The notes below the pieces were generated by a model. That model was not told the origin of the DNA. It saw only the letters and a list, made by a program, of their open reading frames with translations, and made no database searches. Shown here in pieces: positions 51,223 through 62,830 of a stretch of 64,000 nt of DNA; the first letter of the stretch is position 1, and each line of letters opens with the position of its first letter. Source of the DNA: Mobula hypostoma. Its lineage: Eukaryota. Made by a program: the position numbers and the translations under genes. The stretch is taken from positions 140,802,001-140,866,000 of the forward strand of contig NC_086097.1 in assembly GCF_963921235.1 (NCBI RefSeq). The letters run 5' to 3'.

Positions 51223-52153
51223 CATCAGGGAGACGTTTGGCAGCACTGTGGACACTGCGAGGTTCATTATTATGAATGACAGTGAGGTAGGAAATCAGCT
51301 GAGAGGATGAGGCAGGGTGAGGGAAAACTCAGCGCTTCCATCAGGGACAAGTTAGAGAGCAGTCTATACACAGAGTAACATGGCGAAACCGCAGATGTCA
51401 CTATTTCATTCGGAGTTTGAGGAGATGTGGTGTGTCAGCAGAGGCTCCTGCAGTAATTTTACAGATATACCACGGAGAATATTCAGCTTGTTTGGAGCCT
51501 GCAATACAAGAGGGTGTAGAGGGTTGTCGACTCAAGCAGCTCCCTCACGGGCACAACCATCCCCGCCATCGAAGACATTTTCGGGGACTCTGCTTCAACA
51601 GGGCGCAGAGAAAAAGAAGCAAACGTTGACATGAAGGCGGCGCCTCGGATCCAGTGCCCAGGCAAACGAGAAGATTGAGAAGATCATTCTGAGAGGTTTC
51701 GACAAGAGACGGGAGGGATTTACTGACAGTGGGGATGTAGGAGGCGGAACGAGATTGGTAAACACCAGAGGATAACGTTGGTAGATATATTTCTGAAAAT
51801 TCGACCGAAAACTTTAAATCTGCATCACTCCAGTAATATTGCCTGGCTTGCTGGGTGTTTCCATAATATCCTGGTCTTGTTTAGGATAAAGGTAAGTTTT
51901 AATCAGAATAACTTGTGCAAACAGGACGGAGGGGCCAAGTGGCATTGAGGGATATTCAAGCCAACCTCCCCAAATTATGAAAGGAAGAAATGAACTGTGG
52001 CAAGCCCCGCCCCTGACAGCCGTTCCCTAGGAAAGGCGCCGCTACCAGCTTCATGTAAAGAAGTGATTTGGATGAGGCGGGGTAGGAACTGAGGCTGATT
52101 AACTGCGCTTCCTCTCAGATTCCAAACACTGACGCAACACCGGCGCAACAAGC

Positions 52154-52578
52154 ATGTGGCAGGGTCCCTGGTTCGTGGTGCTGCTTTTCAGCTGTGCGTT
52201 ACCAACGCCTTTTCAAATTTTATTGCTCCTTCCCGCCGCACAGATTCTTTTACCGTTTTCTGCTCTTTTTGCAGGTACGAGTGTGGCTCAGACCCTCAGT
52301 CAGTCCAGAGCATCGATTACCGTACCTGTCGGGAAACCTGTGCTTGTTCGGTGTCAAGTGTATGGAGCCTCCATAAACAGCTATTCTTTCCTTCACTGGT
52401 ACCAACAGAAACCCGTCAAGCCTCCCCAAAGGATACTCTATTATGGAGATTGCGTAACGCGGGTTTCGGAATTCGGAAAATCCTTCAGCGCGGGAACATC
52501 ATCAGATTCCGAATTCTTTCTCACATTCGAAGTTAACGCTGAAAGCGCTGCCACCTATTACTGCGCCTACTGGGTTAA
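52154..52578 (+). CDS. TRGV: TCR gamma V segment 4 (intact paralogue of V1): leader exon 52154-52193, intron 52194-52274, V exon 52275-52578
   Basis: Leader exon identical to V1; V domain QTLSQ..RCQV..LHWYQQKPVKPPQRILYY..TYYCAYWV (62/97 aa identical to V1 by hand alignment); RSS follows. Confidence 0.92.
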
Positions 52579-52616
52579 CACAGTATGTAATAGATAACAA
52601 GCTCAGCACAAAAACC
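52579..52616 (+). other. RSS: CACAGTA, 22-nt spacer, ACAAAAACC
   Basis: Heptamer 52579-52585, spacer 52586-52607, perfect nonamer 52608-52616. Confidence 0.92.
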
Positions 52617-54814
52617 TCGATGAGCAGCCAGTCCAAGGGAACCGCCGATCCGGACGCTGCAGCTTACCTATATCTGCCGGGCAGGAGTTGGGCTGTGCTC
52701 AAGAGGCAGGGAGAGAAGTTGACGCTCCTGAAGTGCCCGCAATTCCATTAGAAAGAAGGGAATTTCTCCGTTTTAATGACGAGGTTACAGCCCGTCCCTG
52801 ATTCGCCCATTGCAGGAAACGTGGACCAAGTTGTTTGTTAGAGTGCACTCAGCAGGGAACATTGCAGGAACCTGCAGCACTGTCATGGGCATCGGACATG
52901 TCCCATGGAATACAGTTTTGAATTTGTTCACGACTGAGAGAATTGGATTCGGCAAACGCTTTGAGATAAGTCAATATCCCGACTGCAGCTATGAACACCT
53001 GTGGTGAAGAACCTGTTATGCCTTTAGGTGAGCTGCTTTCATTCAGTTACAGTTTCGACCCATTAGGAGGAAAATTACGTGCCTTGAGACCGACGCTGTT
53101 ACAACTCAGGGTGTGGGAATTTAGAATTCTGTCTGCCGCAGTCCGTAAGGAGTTTCTGTAGATCCTCTGATGGAATAGTTAGGTTTTCCTCGGGTGCTCC
53201 GGTTTCCTCTCACTATCCAAAGACATACCGAGTAGGTTAACTGATCATCGTAAATTGTCCTGTGATTAGATTAGGGTTCATCGAGGTTCTCAGGGTTCGC
53301 TGTGGCGGCGAGACTGGAAGATCCGGAAGGGCCTAATCTGCACTGAATCGGTAGGTAAACAAGTAAAATTGGCTAGTGATGTCCTGCTCATATAAAGCCG
53401 GACAAATCCGATCTAGCTATTTACAACACAAAACAGGGACCGAAGAACTGTCCTCTAGAGATGAGGTGAGAGTGACTGCTTTTGATTACAGGACAGTATT
53501 TGGTTTACTGTAGCTCACAGGAGCCTCAGAAAAACTCAAGTCAATGGTCATTAAGTGGAGTTCACTCCAAGGATCGCAGAACAACGGGCGGTTTCAAGTT
53601 ATTTTTTCCTAGACCTGTGCATTTAATGGACTTTGCATCTTGTCACAAGTGTCCAGGCATTGTCAATCTTCAGCAACTGTTTCCAGTTAACTACCTTTGA
53701 TATTCAATGACCATAAATACAGCTGGACCAGCCACCCAACACGTATACCCGCAGAAAAAGAATCTCAAGGCTGTATATGGTGATATGTATGCAATCTGAT
53801 AACAAATTCAACTTTGAACTTTAAATGTGGTTGGTTATTCTGGGGCAAGCAACACATTTTCTGATATTTCAAAGCCTCTCCATTTTCTGTGAAACAAATT
53901 GGGGGTGTTAAGACGTACTTTCTATTTAGGTGTACGAGCTTGTCTCAAAGACCATTAAAGATGCACAACGCAATCCAAAACAAAGCAACCCCTTTCATTA
54001 GCAGCAACCAACTGTCCTAAAGATTCAATCTTGTTACCAGCTACACTGAATATTTGTAAGACATCCAGGCTACTAAATGCAAGGGAATTTCTGATAGCGC
54101 CTCTCAAACTCACTGTCTACTGTTCCCAAAATTTCTCAAATAATATAGATTGCCTCACCAAAGACTGGGGCGGCATGCTATCGTTGTGGTGAGCACTGGG
54201 CTAATTCCCGCCGCCTGCTGTAAGTAGCTTGTATTTTCTCCCCGTTCCTCTGATTGCTCCGATTCCCTCCTACATTCTAAAGACGTTTGGAAGGTTACTT
54301 GGTCATTGTAAATTGTCCCGTGATTAGCACAGGATTAAATCGGGGATTGCTGGAAGTGCCAGTAGGGCCTGTTCCGTGCCATATCTCAAAAAATAAATTA
54401 AGAAGAGAGGAAATGCGTGATTTGTTGTTGCAAAATTGGGCAGAGCAAGTGACTGACCACCAGGTTATAGTCTAATGGTGAAAGGCTAATTCGGAAGGCA
54501 TTAGACGGGATTCTGTAAAAGCTGATTGGGAGAAGCTGTTTGCAGGTAAGGGGAGTGGCAGGCGCCCGAAAGTGTGATAGGCAGTGTTCAGAGACAGCAT
54601 AAGACCAGAAGACATAGGAGAAGAATTAAGGGATTTGGCCCATCGAGTCTGTCCCCCATTCCATCATCGTTGATTGTTACCCCCTCTCAATGCCATTCTC
54701 CTGATTTCTCCCTGATTTCTCCCCGTAAACTTTCATACCCTGAGCAATCAAGAGCTTACCTGATTTAAGTGCAGCATGTTAGATTGAAGGCCAATGCTGG
54801 CAGGATTATGGAAC

Positions 54815-55002
54815 AACACACAGAAAAGTTGCTGGTGAACGCAGCAGGCCAGGCAGCATCTCTAGGGAGAGGTACAGTCAACGCTTCGGCCCTAAACGGG
54901 ACTGTACGTCTTCCTAGAGATTCTGCCTGGCCTGCTGCGTTCACCAGCAACTTTTACGTGTGTTGCTTGAAATACCAGCATCTGCAGATTTCCTCGTGTT
55001 TG
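54815..55002. mobile_element. Palindromic mini Penelope-derived insertion
   Basis: Inverted arms of the PLE terminus; 13-bp TSD AGGATTATGGAAC (54802-54814 / 55003-55015); empty paralogous site at ~21958-21970. Confidence 0.87.
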
Positions 55003-56869
55003 AGGATTATGGAACCCTAGCTGATGAGGGATATTGAGGGTATCTTCCGGGAAAAAGGAGAATATATGTCAAGTATTGTCAGTTGGGATCAAGTGAATCC
55101 CCTGAGGCATATAAAAGATATAAGAGTACATTTAGGAGGAAAATAAGGAGGACAACTATATCAGATCGTTTTGGCAGATAAGGCAAAGGGGAATCCTATG
55201 ATGTTGTATAAGAATATCAAAAGAGAAAAGGTAACCAGAACGATTGAAAAATCACAGGAGGTAGGGCGGGATCTTAAATGAATATTTCTTATCTGCAATT
55301 ACTGTAGGAAAGCTACGAAATTCATGGTAGAGGATATGGTGAACTTGAACTATATCGACATTACAAAAAGGTGCAGACACCGTTAAAATGCATCAAGGTG
55401 AATACAGTCCCAGGGTCAGACCAAGTTCATTCTAAGACACCGTGGATAGGCGGGGAGAGGCAGGGTAGCGTAGTAGTTAGCACAACGCTGTACAGTACGG
55501 GTGGTCCGGATTCAGTTCCCGCCATTGCCTGTAAGCAGTTTGTACGCTCTCCGGGTGCTCCGCTTTCCTCCCATATTCCAAAGATCTACTGCTGGTGGGT
55601 GAATGGGCCGTTGTAAATCGCCTCGTGATGAGGCTAAGAATAAATCGGCGATTGCTAAGCCACGTGGCCTGAAGGGCTGGAAGGGCCTGTTCCACGTTAG
55701 ATCTCAATAAACAAACATATAAACAGAAGAGTATAAGGCGGTTACTGTTGTGCTTGTTTGAGAAGTGGTATAAGAACAAACTAGGGAACTACAGGAAGGC
55801 GAGTCTAAAATTAGAGCCGGAAAATTTACGAGAAGATATGGGATAAACGAGCAATTGGGATTGAAACAGCTCATCAAATAATCAGCATGATATTGTGCGT
55901 GGAATATCATGTTAAGAAATTATTTCTGAAGTGGTGACAAAGAGGATCAACGAGAGCATGGTAGTAATAATTTTTGCAAATTTCAACAAGGTTCTGCATG
56001 GTAAAGTGGTCCATAAGGTCAGAACACATGCGATTGAGAATGGACGAGCCACTTGCATACAAGCTTAGCCTGGTGTTAACACAAACAACAGGAATTCTGC
56101 AGATGCTGGAAATTCAAGCAACATACATCAAAGTTGCTGGTGAACGCAGCAGGCCAAGCAGCATCTATAGGAAGAGGCGCAGTCGACGTTTCAGGCCGAG
56201 ACCCTTCGTCAGGACTAACCCAAGTGTGGTGTGGAATCTGTGATCGTTGGTGCTCCACAGGGATTATGCTGGGTCCACTGTTGTTGATTACCCACAGACG
56301 TACTTTAATAACATCGATGAATATAATCAGCATGGTTAGAAAGTTTGTGAATGAGATCAAACTCAGCCGTGTTGTGGACAGTGAAGAAGGCTCCTTGAGA
56401 TGACGACAAGAACTATGTGAATCATCGGGGATAAAGGGCCAAGGAATAGCAGATGCAATTTAACTCGCCAATTACAAAATCTAAAAACAATCAGTCTGGC
56501 TGCGATTGGATGGTTTAGAGATCAATATCTGTTGAATGGGACTCGTTCTGGTCAGTATGGACGAGTTGTGCATAAGGGTCCGTTTCGGTGCTGTGAATTC
56601 AACTAGTATATGACTTTATACTGGAAAAATGCATTTATTTAGAGATCAGAGGTATCGAACGACGTGAAAGCGGCGCTAGACTTGAAGATCAGCCATGATC
56701 TTTATGAACCAGGAACACGAGGAAGGACGGTCTCATCTACTCTCATTTCCCCTCCTTTTAATGTGACACTTTATCTATAGTATTCCAAAGTTCTACATCC
56801 GCAAACTCCGTTTCCGTTCGCCTTTCGTCGTCGAATAATTCGATCACGTTGTATTATTTCCTCCCACAG

Positions 56870-57190
56870 GTAAAGTGGCGCTTCAAATACTGACAGAGGA
56901 TCAATTATCGATCACCAGGGCTCCGACAAAACCTGTGTACTTTTACTTTGATATTCAACAAATCTATCTTGCGGAAGCTACATTTGTACCGGCAGAGGCC
57001 GGGACAAGGCCTGTAACGGCTATTGTGTTTTAAGAGCTCATACGACACCAAGAGGGATATATCTGACGAACGATTAATTGCGAGCAAAGTACCTGAGACT
57101 CAACCGTGCACTCTGCTCTTGATGAATATCCCGCGAGAAGGATGCTGGCTACATACTGGCCAAATGCGAAGGGAAGCCAGTACATAACCC
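56870..57190 (+). pseudogene. TRGV: TRGV pseudogene (paralogue of V3) with decayed RSS
   Basis: V exon matches V3 (GTAAAGTGGCGCTTCAAAT..) but the leader exon is missing, the first Cys is TTT, there is a 5-nt frameshifting deletion before the Trp (TGG>TTG), CAG>TAA, and the YYC region is deleted. Heptamer CATACTG (57152-57158), V3-identical 23-nt spacer, nonamer ACATAACCC (57182-57190). Confidence 0.93.
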
Positions 57191-58444
57191 CAACGGGTAC
57201 CTTGTGTATAACGTGTGCACTGACCAAGTAACAGGCATTGTGCCTCACGATCACCGCCATCATCTGCACTTAACTAATGCCATTCATTTTTTTTGCCACA
57301 TTTCAATTGGCATACAGTATTACTTTATAGTTTGGTTGAATAAAGCTGTCTCGATAAATTTTGCGATCGACTGTGAACGTGGATTCAAATTTCATGAATG
57401 GATCCGAGCTAAGGGCGTGATCATAATGAACCTAAACTCCGATTGAATTGACCCTGCTCTGAACTAGGGTTATGAGGTTGTGCGGTCCGCAAGTAACTTT
57501 TTCGGATCAGTTTCCCACTTCTGTTTATCCCACTTGCCTCTCCCCCAACTTTCACAGAGATATCTAGCACGGAAACGTATTTCTTCCCAGATCATTCATT
57601 GTGACGATCACGATAGCTGTACCACACATGATTTTATTTATCTCTATACCTCTTCCAAAGCCTGCTTCTCCCTAGGGCTAATTCCTAATTCTACCCAGAC
57701 TCTCCAAATAACAAAAGTTATTCTGTTTCGTTAACATCCTTGTGAGTGTTCTCTGCACCATAACGGCATCCTTCTTATAGTTAGACCACCGGAAATGAGC
57801 ACCATACTACAAGACACGAGAAAATCCGCAGATGCTGAAAGTCCATAGCAATCAGGGCGGTCTCTGCCAGAAACGTCGAATTTTTACTCTTCTCCATAGA
57901 TCCTGCCTGGCTTGCTGAATTCCATCAGCATTTTGTTTGTGTTATCATTTTCCAAGTGTGGTTTAACCAATATTTTGTAAAATAATACATTATTTCATTT
58001 GTTGTAATCAATCAACTAACTAATGAAAGACCTCGCCACCTTATCCAACTGTGTGTCCGCCTTCAGCGGACTATATACTTCTGCCCCTCGATCTCTCTGG
58101 TTTACGTCCGTTACTGTGTAAATCCTGGCCTGCCTTTAGTCACCAAAATGCAACACTTCAAATCTGACCGAGTTAAATTCCATCTGCTATCCTTTGGCCT
58201 ATTTCCCGAGCTGATGGAGATCCTCCTGTAATCTTACACAACATCCGAAGATGACCGATGACAATTTTGGTGTAGTCTGAAAATTACTAACCACACAAAA
58301 CACATTCTGATCTATTACGTTATTGCAGACAATGAAGAGTAGGATGCCTATATTCTTGAGGAATTCCTTTCTTGTATTTCCAAGACAATTCTCCGTGCTT
58401 ATTTGCTAACATCCTGATCATCAGAGCAATTGCCGAAGAGACGT

Positions 58445-60092
58445 ACCGGTTCACGGTCCGGTCCATCGACCCCTGCTCCAGGATTTCCTATCTACCCCGC
58501 TTCTGTTTTGTTGAGCTCTAATTGAGTCAGCTGATGCCAGCTGGGGCTGACTGCATAAATACCTCCAGAGACCAGGACGTGGCCGCTGGATTGTTCTTGT
58601 CCTTACTCCTTGTATCCCTTCCCCTGCCTTCTGTTTCCTCGCCTGAAGCCCTGCGTTGTCTTGCCGGTAACTCTCGCCTCGCGTGAAGTTCTGTCTCGCC
58701 TTGCTTTGCCAGTAGCCTTGCCTTGTCTTGCTGTCTGGTTCTGGAGCCACCCTGTACCTAGCTCCTTTCCTAACCCTTGCCTGCGCCCAGGTAAGCCAGG
58801 CCGTCTTGCCGTTACCTGGGGTTCCTGTCCCTTGCCTCCGCCCAGGTAAGCCAGGCCGTCTTGCCGTTACCTGGGGTTCCTGTCCCTTGCCTCCGCCCAG
58901 GTAAACCAGGCTGTCTTGCCGTTACCTGGGGTTGGTTCTGTCCCTTCCTGTCCCTTACCTCTGTCGGGTGGTGATCCGCGCCCTGCCCAGGTGATCCGCG
59001 CCCTGCCCAAGTGATCCGTGCCCTTCCCAGGAGTACCGCGCCCTGCCCAGGAGGAGCCAAGCCTCGCCTCAAGTCTCAAGTCTCCTACCTCCTGCCTCCA
59101 ACCTCACCTAAAGTCTCAAGTCTCCAGCCTCGCTTCTCCTTAAGCCTCGCCTAAAGTCTCAAGTCTCCAGCCTCGCCTCGCCTCAAGTCTCCAGCCTCGC
59201 CTCGCCTCAAGTCTCCAGTCTCCAGCCTCGCCTCAAGTCTCCAGTCTTCAGCCTCGCCTCAAGTCTCCAGTCTGCAGCCTTGCCTCAAGTCTTCAGTCTG
59301 CAGCCTCCCCTCAAGTCTCCAGTCTCCAGCCTTGCCTCAGGTCTCCAGTCTCCAGCCTTGCCTCAAGTCTCCAGTCTCCAGCCTTGCCTCAAGTCTCCAG
59401 TCTCCAGCCTTGCCTCAAGTCTCCAGTCTCCAGCCTTGCCTCAAGTCTAAAGTCTGCAGCCTTGCCTCAAGTCTCCAGTCTGCAGCCTTGCCTCAAGTCT
59501 CCAGTCAGCAGCCTCGCCTCAAGTCTCCAGTGCGCAGCCTCGCCTCAAGTCTCCAGTCTACAGCCTCGCCTCAAGTCTTCAGTGCGCAGCCTCGCCTCAA
59601 GTCTCCAGTGCACAGCCTCGCCTCAAGTCTCCAGTCTGCAGCCTCGCCTCAAGTCTCCAGTCTGCAGCCTCGCCTCAAGTCTCCAGTCTGCAGCCTCGCC
59701 TCAAGTCCCCAGTCTGCAGCCTCGCCTCTAGCCAAGCCAAGCCAAGTCTCTGGCCTCTAGCCTCTAGCCTCTTGCCAAGCCAAGCCAAGTCTCTGGCCTC
59801 TAGCCTGAAGCTTCAAGCCTGTAGATTTCTGCCTCGTCCTGCCTCCCTGCCAAGCCTCGTCCTTGCCTAGCTCTGGGGTCCGAGCCAGAGGCAAGACCCA
59901 GGTACCGGGTCCTTGTCCAGTCTCTGGCTCGGAGTCCAAGCCCGGGTTCCTAGCTCATTTCTCCAGTCCTGTTCCAGGTTCCTGGTTTTCCTGTCCATGT
60001 CCTTGCCATCGCCCTGTATCCTAGTCCTGTTCTTAGTACTTCAGTGTCTGTGTCTTGCACTTGGGTCCGTTCCCAGCCATGCCCTTATGGCA
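58445..60092 (+). mobile_element. Family B LTR lacking its first ~30 nt, with an expanded 26-bp minisatellite (~59060-59720)
   Basis: Homologous to the LTR at 32656-33586 (opposite orientation); unit CAGCCTCGCCTCAAGTCTCCAGTCTG repeated ~25 times with variants. Confidence 0.88.
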
Positions 60093-60174
60093 GTGTGTGT
60101 GTGTGTATGTGCCATTTCTGTTGGTTACCTAGTATGTAATCCACTATTGGTTCGTTACAATCCAGTTAGGTGAC

Positions 60175-60660
60175 AATTATTGTCCTCGCAGTATTAGTCC
60201 ACCGTTATGAAGGATTAATATCATCCTCATTGATTGACGCGGGTAGTCAGGTGTGAATTGGGTCTTGGCTCTGCACTGCCAATTTGACGCTGAAGTGGGT
60301 TCATTTCGACGCGCTTGCTGATGGAATTCTGCGTAGAGAACAAAGCGTCTAAGAATGCTATACGCCAACTGCGACAAGCATTATATTGGACAGCCTGGTA
60401 GGAAGCTATCAACAATGGTACATGGACACCAACTGGCTGTAAACCGTCATGATCAACTTTCCCTTATATCTACACATTGTAGCAGCGAAGCACATCAATT
60501 CAACTCGACCAATGTTACTATCCTAGGCCAAGCCCGTCAACGAGAAGCCCGAGAATTCTTGCACGGATGATGTTGCCTAGCTGCGTAACTAAACGTCTGC
60601 AAGCTAACAAGTCAGCTCAGCGAGCCACTCAACAACAAAAATCCTCAACTCAATCTACAA
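60175..60660 (+). mobile_element. Fragment of a second, unrelated Penelope-like element (GIY-YIG region)
   Basis: ORF 60355-60570 ..CDKHYIGQPGRKLSTMVHGHQLAV..HQFN..VTILGQA..REARE, the YIG-T-R-L..R..EH pattern in degenerate form. Confidence 0.65.
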
Positions 60661-61848
60661 ATCTGTTCCAACATGTTAAGGACGTAAGGTCTATTGTTTG
60701 TGGCGGTGTTCCACGGGGTGAAGAAAGGTAAATTCCTATTTTTATACAGAGAAATATTATATAGTAACACAAAACCTCCAGATACAGTACTGCGAAAAAG
60801 TCTTAGGCACATATAGCCTATTTTTCCACGGTACTAGTCATTTCCACAATACTATAGTAGATTTATGTGTGAACTGTAATGCTGTCGCAAAAAAAAACTA
60901 ATTTCATGACATGTGTGAGTGACGATAAACCGGTTTCTGATATGGGCCTCGGTGGTGGACTGAGAGTAGGAAGTGGGTAGGAAGAGGGGAACTGTGGTTG
61001 AGAAAACGGGAAGGGAGAAAGGGAGGGAGCAGGAAGCACCAGGGAAACATTTTGTATGGATCAACAAATTCATTGCTTGGAATCAAATGAGCTTGCCTGC
61101 TGTCTCACGACTGAGTTCGTCTGCACCCACGTCACCTTCCGCCCCGACACTCCTTCTCTTCCACTTGTCCCAAACCCCACCCGTGGAGCTCCACTTTCGC
61201 CATTCCCAGCATCTTTTGCTCCTGCTGCATTTACAAACTCCGCTTCCCGTTTTTAAAATACAATACTGTGCAAAAGTCTCAGGCACCCTATGCATGCTTT
61301 AAGACTTTTGCACGTTAAGATACATTAGATATGCGGGCCTCAAATCTGCAAAACAGCCCCGTATTGACATCCCCTGGTTCGTACTACAAGGCAATTTAGT
61401 ATCCTTATGGCTCTCTTACCCTGGATCCCGTGTAATCTTACCTTGCAGATCAGACTACCATGCAGGTTCTTCCATAAAGCCTTGCTAAAGTCTATGTAGA
61501 CAAAACCCCTCTCTCATTAATACTCTTAGTCATTTCTTCAATAATGTCAATCGAGTTTGAAACACGTGGCATTCCAATGTACCGACTATGCTGACTATCC
61601 TCAATCAGTCTTGCCTTTGCAAATGCTCTGAAATCTCGACCCACAAACTATTTTGGCAGCTTGTTCCAGTAATCATTCACTCCATTTGTAATGATCTTCT
61701 GAAATCCCCTATAAAACACTCTCCTTACCTTAAACCTGTACTCCTTTGTTTTCTGAGTGCCTACTGCAGGAGACGTTTCTGACCATTCACTACACCTATT
61801 CTTCTGAAGACTCTTTATACCTCCAACAGGTTGCCACATCAGTCTCCT

Positions 61849-62830
61849 TGTCATGGTCCGGTCCGTGAAGTCCGCATTCCGTTTCATCGTTTGGTCCATC
61901 AATCCGTATTCCAGGTTTTCCTCTTTTCCCCGTTTCTGTTGGGTACTCTAATTGAGGCACATGATTCTTGTTTGAGCAGACACATAAATACCTCTGGAGA
62001 CCAGGGTTTGGCTGCTGGATTTTTCCTGACCTAACCCCCTGTCTGAATCCCTTCTCTGCCCCTTCCTCCTGAAGTCTTGCCATGTCCCTGCAACCTGTGT
62101 CTGAAGCCTTGCCTCGCTTGGCCTCGCATGGAGCCTTGCCTCGCCTCGCCTGTAACCCTGGCCTGCACCCCTGTCAAGTTCAATCGCCGGAGCAAGATAA
62201 GGAACTGTCTATCGTTGTTTTGAAGTGTCTCTGTGTCCAAGCCTTCGCTAGGTAGGTCCGGCCGTTTGCCGCTACCTAGTGTTCGGATCTGCCTTTGTGT
62301 CCTTGCCTTCACTAGGTAGGTCCGGCTGTTTGCCGCTACCTAGTGTTGGGAACCGTCTGTATCCACGCCTTCGCAAGGTAGGTCAGGCCGTCTGCCGCTG
62401 CCTTGTGTTGGAGAACCGTCTCGTTGTATTCTGCATTCTGTGTAATTAGTCCCGGCCCTATTTCCTGTACGCAAGGAGGGGTCCCGGCTCTGTGCTCCAT
62501 GTTCCTGTCTCTCTCTCCACCAAGGCTCTGCGTTACTGTCTCTTCCTCGACCTAGTCAAAGCTTCGGGGTCTCCTCCAGTGCCAGCCAAGATCCTAGAAC
62601 CTGCCCAAGCCATGGCTTTGTGTTCTCGTCTTGTCCATGTGTCTCGCCCAGCCCAGGAGTACCTGCCCAGCCCGGTGCTGGGGTTCCCTCGTCCTGTACT
62701 CAGGGTCATTTGTCCTGTCCAGGAGTCTCACGTCCAGTCCTGTTGCTTCTCCTCGTCCTGTAGCCACGTCTTGTCCTCGCCTAGTTCTGGAGTCCGAGCC
62801 AGAGTCAAGTCCCAGGTCCAATGTCCTTCA
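61849..62830 (+). mobile_element. Family B LTR, 3'-truncated
   Basis: Starts TGTCATGGTCCGG at 61849; the 3' end is lost at a deletion that joins it to the RTE remnant. Confidence 0.8.

Noticed and set aside
59332-59760. Long repetitive ORFs (PQVSSLQPCLKSP.. and similar at 27697-28223 and 47135-47632)
   Set aside because: They are translations of 26-, 35- and 38-bp minisatellites and are open in several frames because the units lack stops; there is no gene context.
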